DNA of 63,058 nt, the filler included, from Lenisia limosa (lineage: Eukaryota; Protista; Breviatea): the NCBI GenBank assembly GCA_001655205.1. It is 10 parts of 10 records of this genome, joined end to end, with 100 filler letters (N's around TTAATTAATTAA, not from the genome) between each part and the next. Parts side by side here need not be neighbours in the genome. Positions count along the whole stretch, not along the records: positions 59,808 to 63,058 come from LPNZ01009345.1; 9 more parts are not named here. One strand, 5' to 3'. Under the pieces are notes generated by a model. That model made no database searches. It saw only the letters and a program-made list of their open reading frames with translations, and was not told the origin of the DNA. The translations under genes and the position numbers were made by a program. Numbering within the stretch: the first letter of the stretch is position 1; every line of letters starts with the position of its first letter. Shown here piece by piece: positions 62,801-63,058 of this stretch.

Positions 62801-63058
62801 NNNNNNNNNNNNNTCTCGGCCATTGCTGAGCTTCCACCGCAAATAGACCTTCCATCCCCGGAAGGGGAAACCTCCGAGCAAACCCCCCATGAAGAACTCC
62901 TCCCTCCTCCCACAGCTGAAGAAGCCCCAGTAATCAACTCGCTTTCCCCTATTCCTGCGTTCCTCCCTCCAGAGGACTTTGATGATGCCCCCACGTCGGA
63001 TCTCCCCCCTCCCCCACCATCCGACTCTCTTGAAACTGCTTCTCAAGCCTTTGACAAA
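59809..63058 (+). CDS. Acidic, proline-rich, low-complexity repetitive protein, partial at both ends
   Basis: Exon 59809-59962 (donor gtaggg) is in phase with the exon starting at 60380 (ccatag acceptor). The frame stays open across gaps to the window end. Confidence 0.8.
60898..61110 (+). repeat. Coding tandem repeat, 30-nt unit (EALxPPMD(M/L)P), about 7 copies
   Basis: gaagctcttgctcctcccatggatatgcca-type units, in frame. Confidence 0.9.

Noticed and set aside
60465-63046. Gly/Ser-rich and Phe/Leu-rich minus-strand ORFs
   Set aside because: Antisense translations of the Pro/Glu repeats.

Overview
Eukaryotic draft-assembly DNA from an intron-rich, AT-rich protist. It is probably amoeboid or Amorphea, but the taxon cannot be determined here. 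It is not one contiguous locus: nine identical 100-bp spacers (N44-TTAATTAATTAA-N44) join ten unrelated scaffolds, so gene order across them carries no meaning. Genes were reconstructed by hand from splice phases. (1) A giant single-pass surface receptor (~107-17077, 5' end outside the window) with cadherin-like, REJ, GAIN/GPS-like, PSI/EGF, FN3 and Cys-rich modules. It appears to hold a duplicated REJ-GAIN supermodule, the first copy split into ~30 small exons and the second inside one ~6-kb exon. (2) An ethanolamine/choline kinase. (3) A DOLPP1-type dolichyl-diphosphatase. (4) A Gap1/GapA-type RasGAP. (5) A LamG/ConA-domain protein. (6) An ERD2 KDEL receptor. (7) An acidic Pro-rich protein carrying ten [D/E]-L-PPPP motifs. 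Introns and intergenic DNA are packed with small DNA transposons: ~24 copies of a ~95-bp hAT-type MITE with 8-bp TSDs, Tc1/mariner-type MITEs (TA flanks), Kolobok-like MITEs (TTAA flanks), an unclassified TIR family and a composite TIR-less repeat. There are also a decayed piggyBac transposase and a spliced pogo/CENP-B-type transposase. About a third of the inferred splice donors in the giant gene are GTTTG. No rRNA, tRNA or CRISPR array was found. All homology calls are motif recognition by eye; no database search was run.
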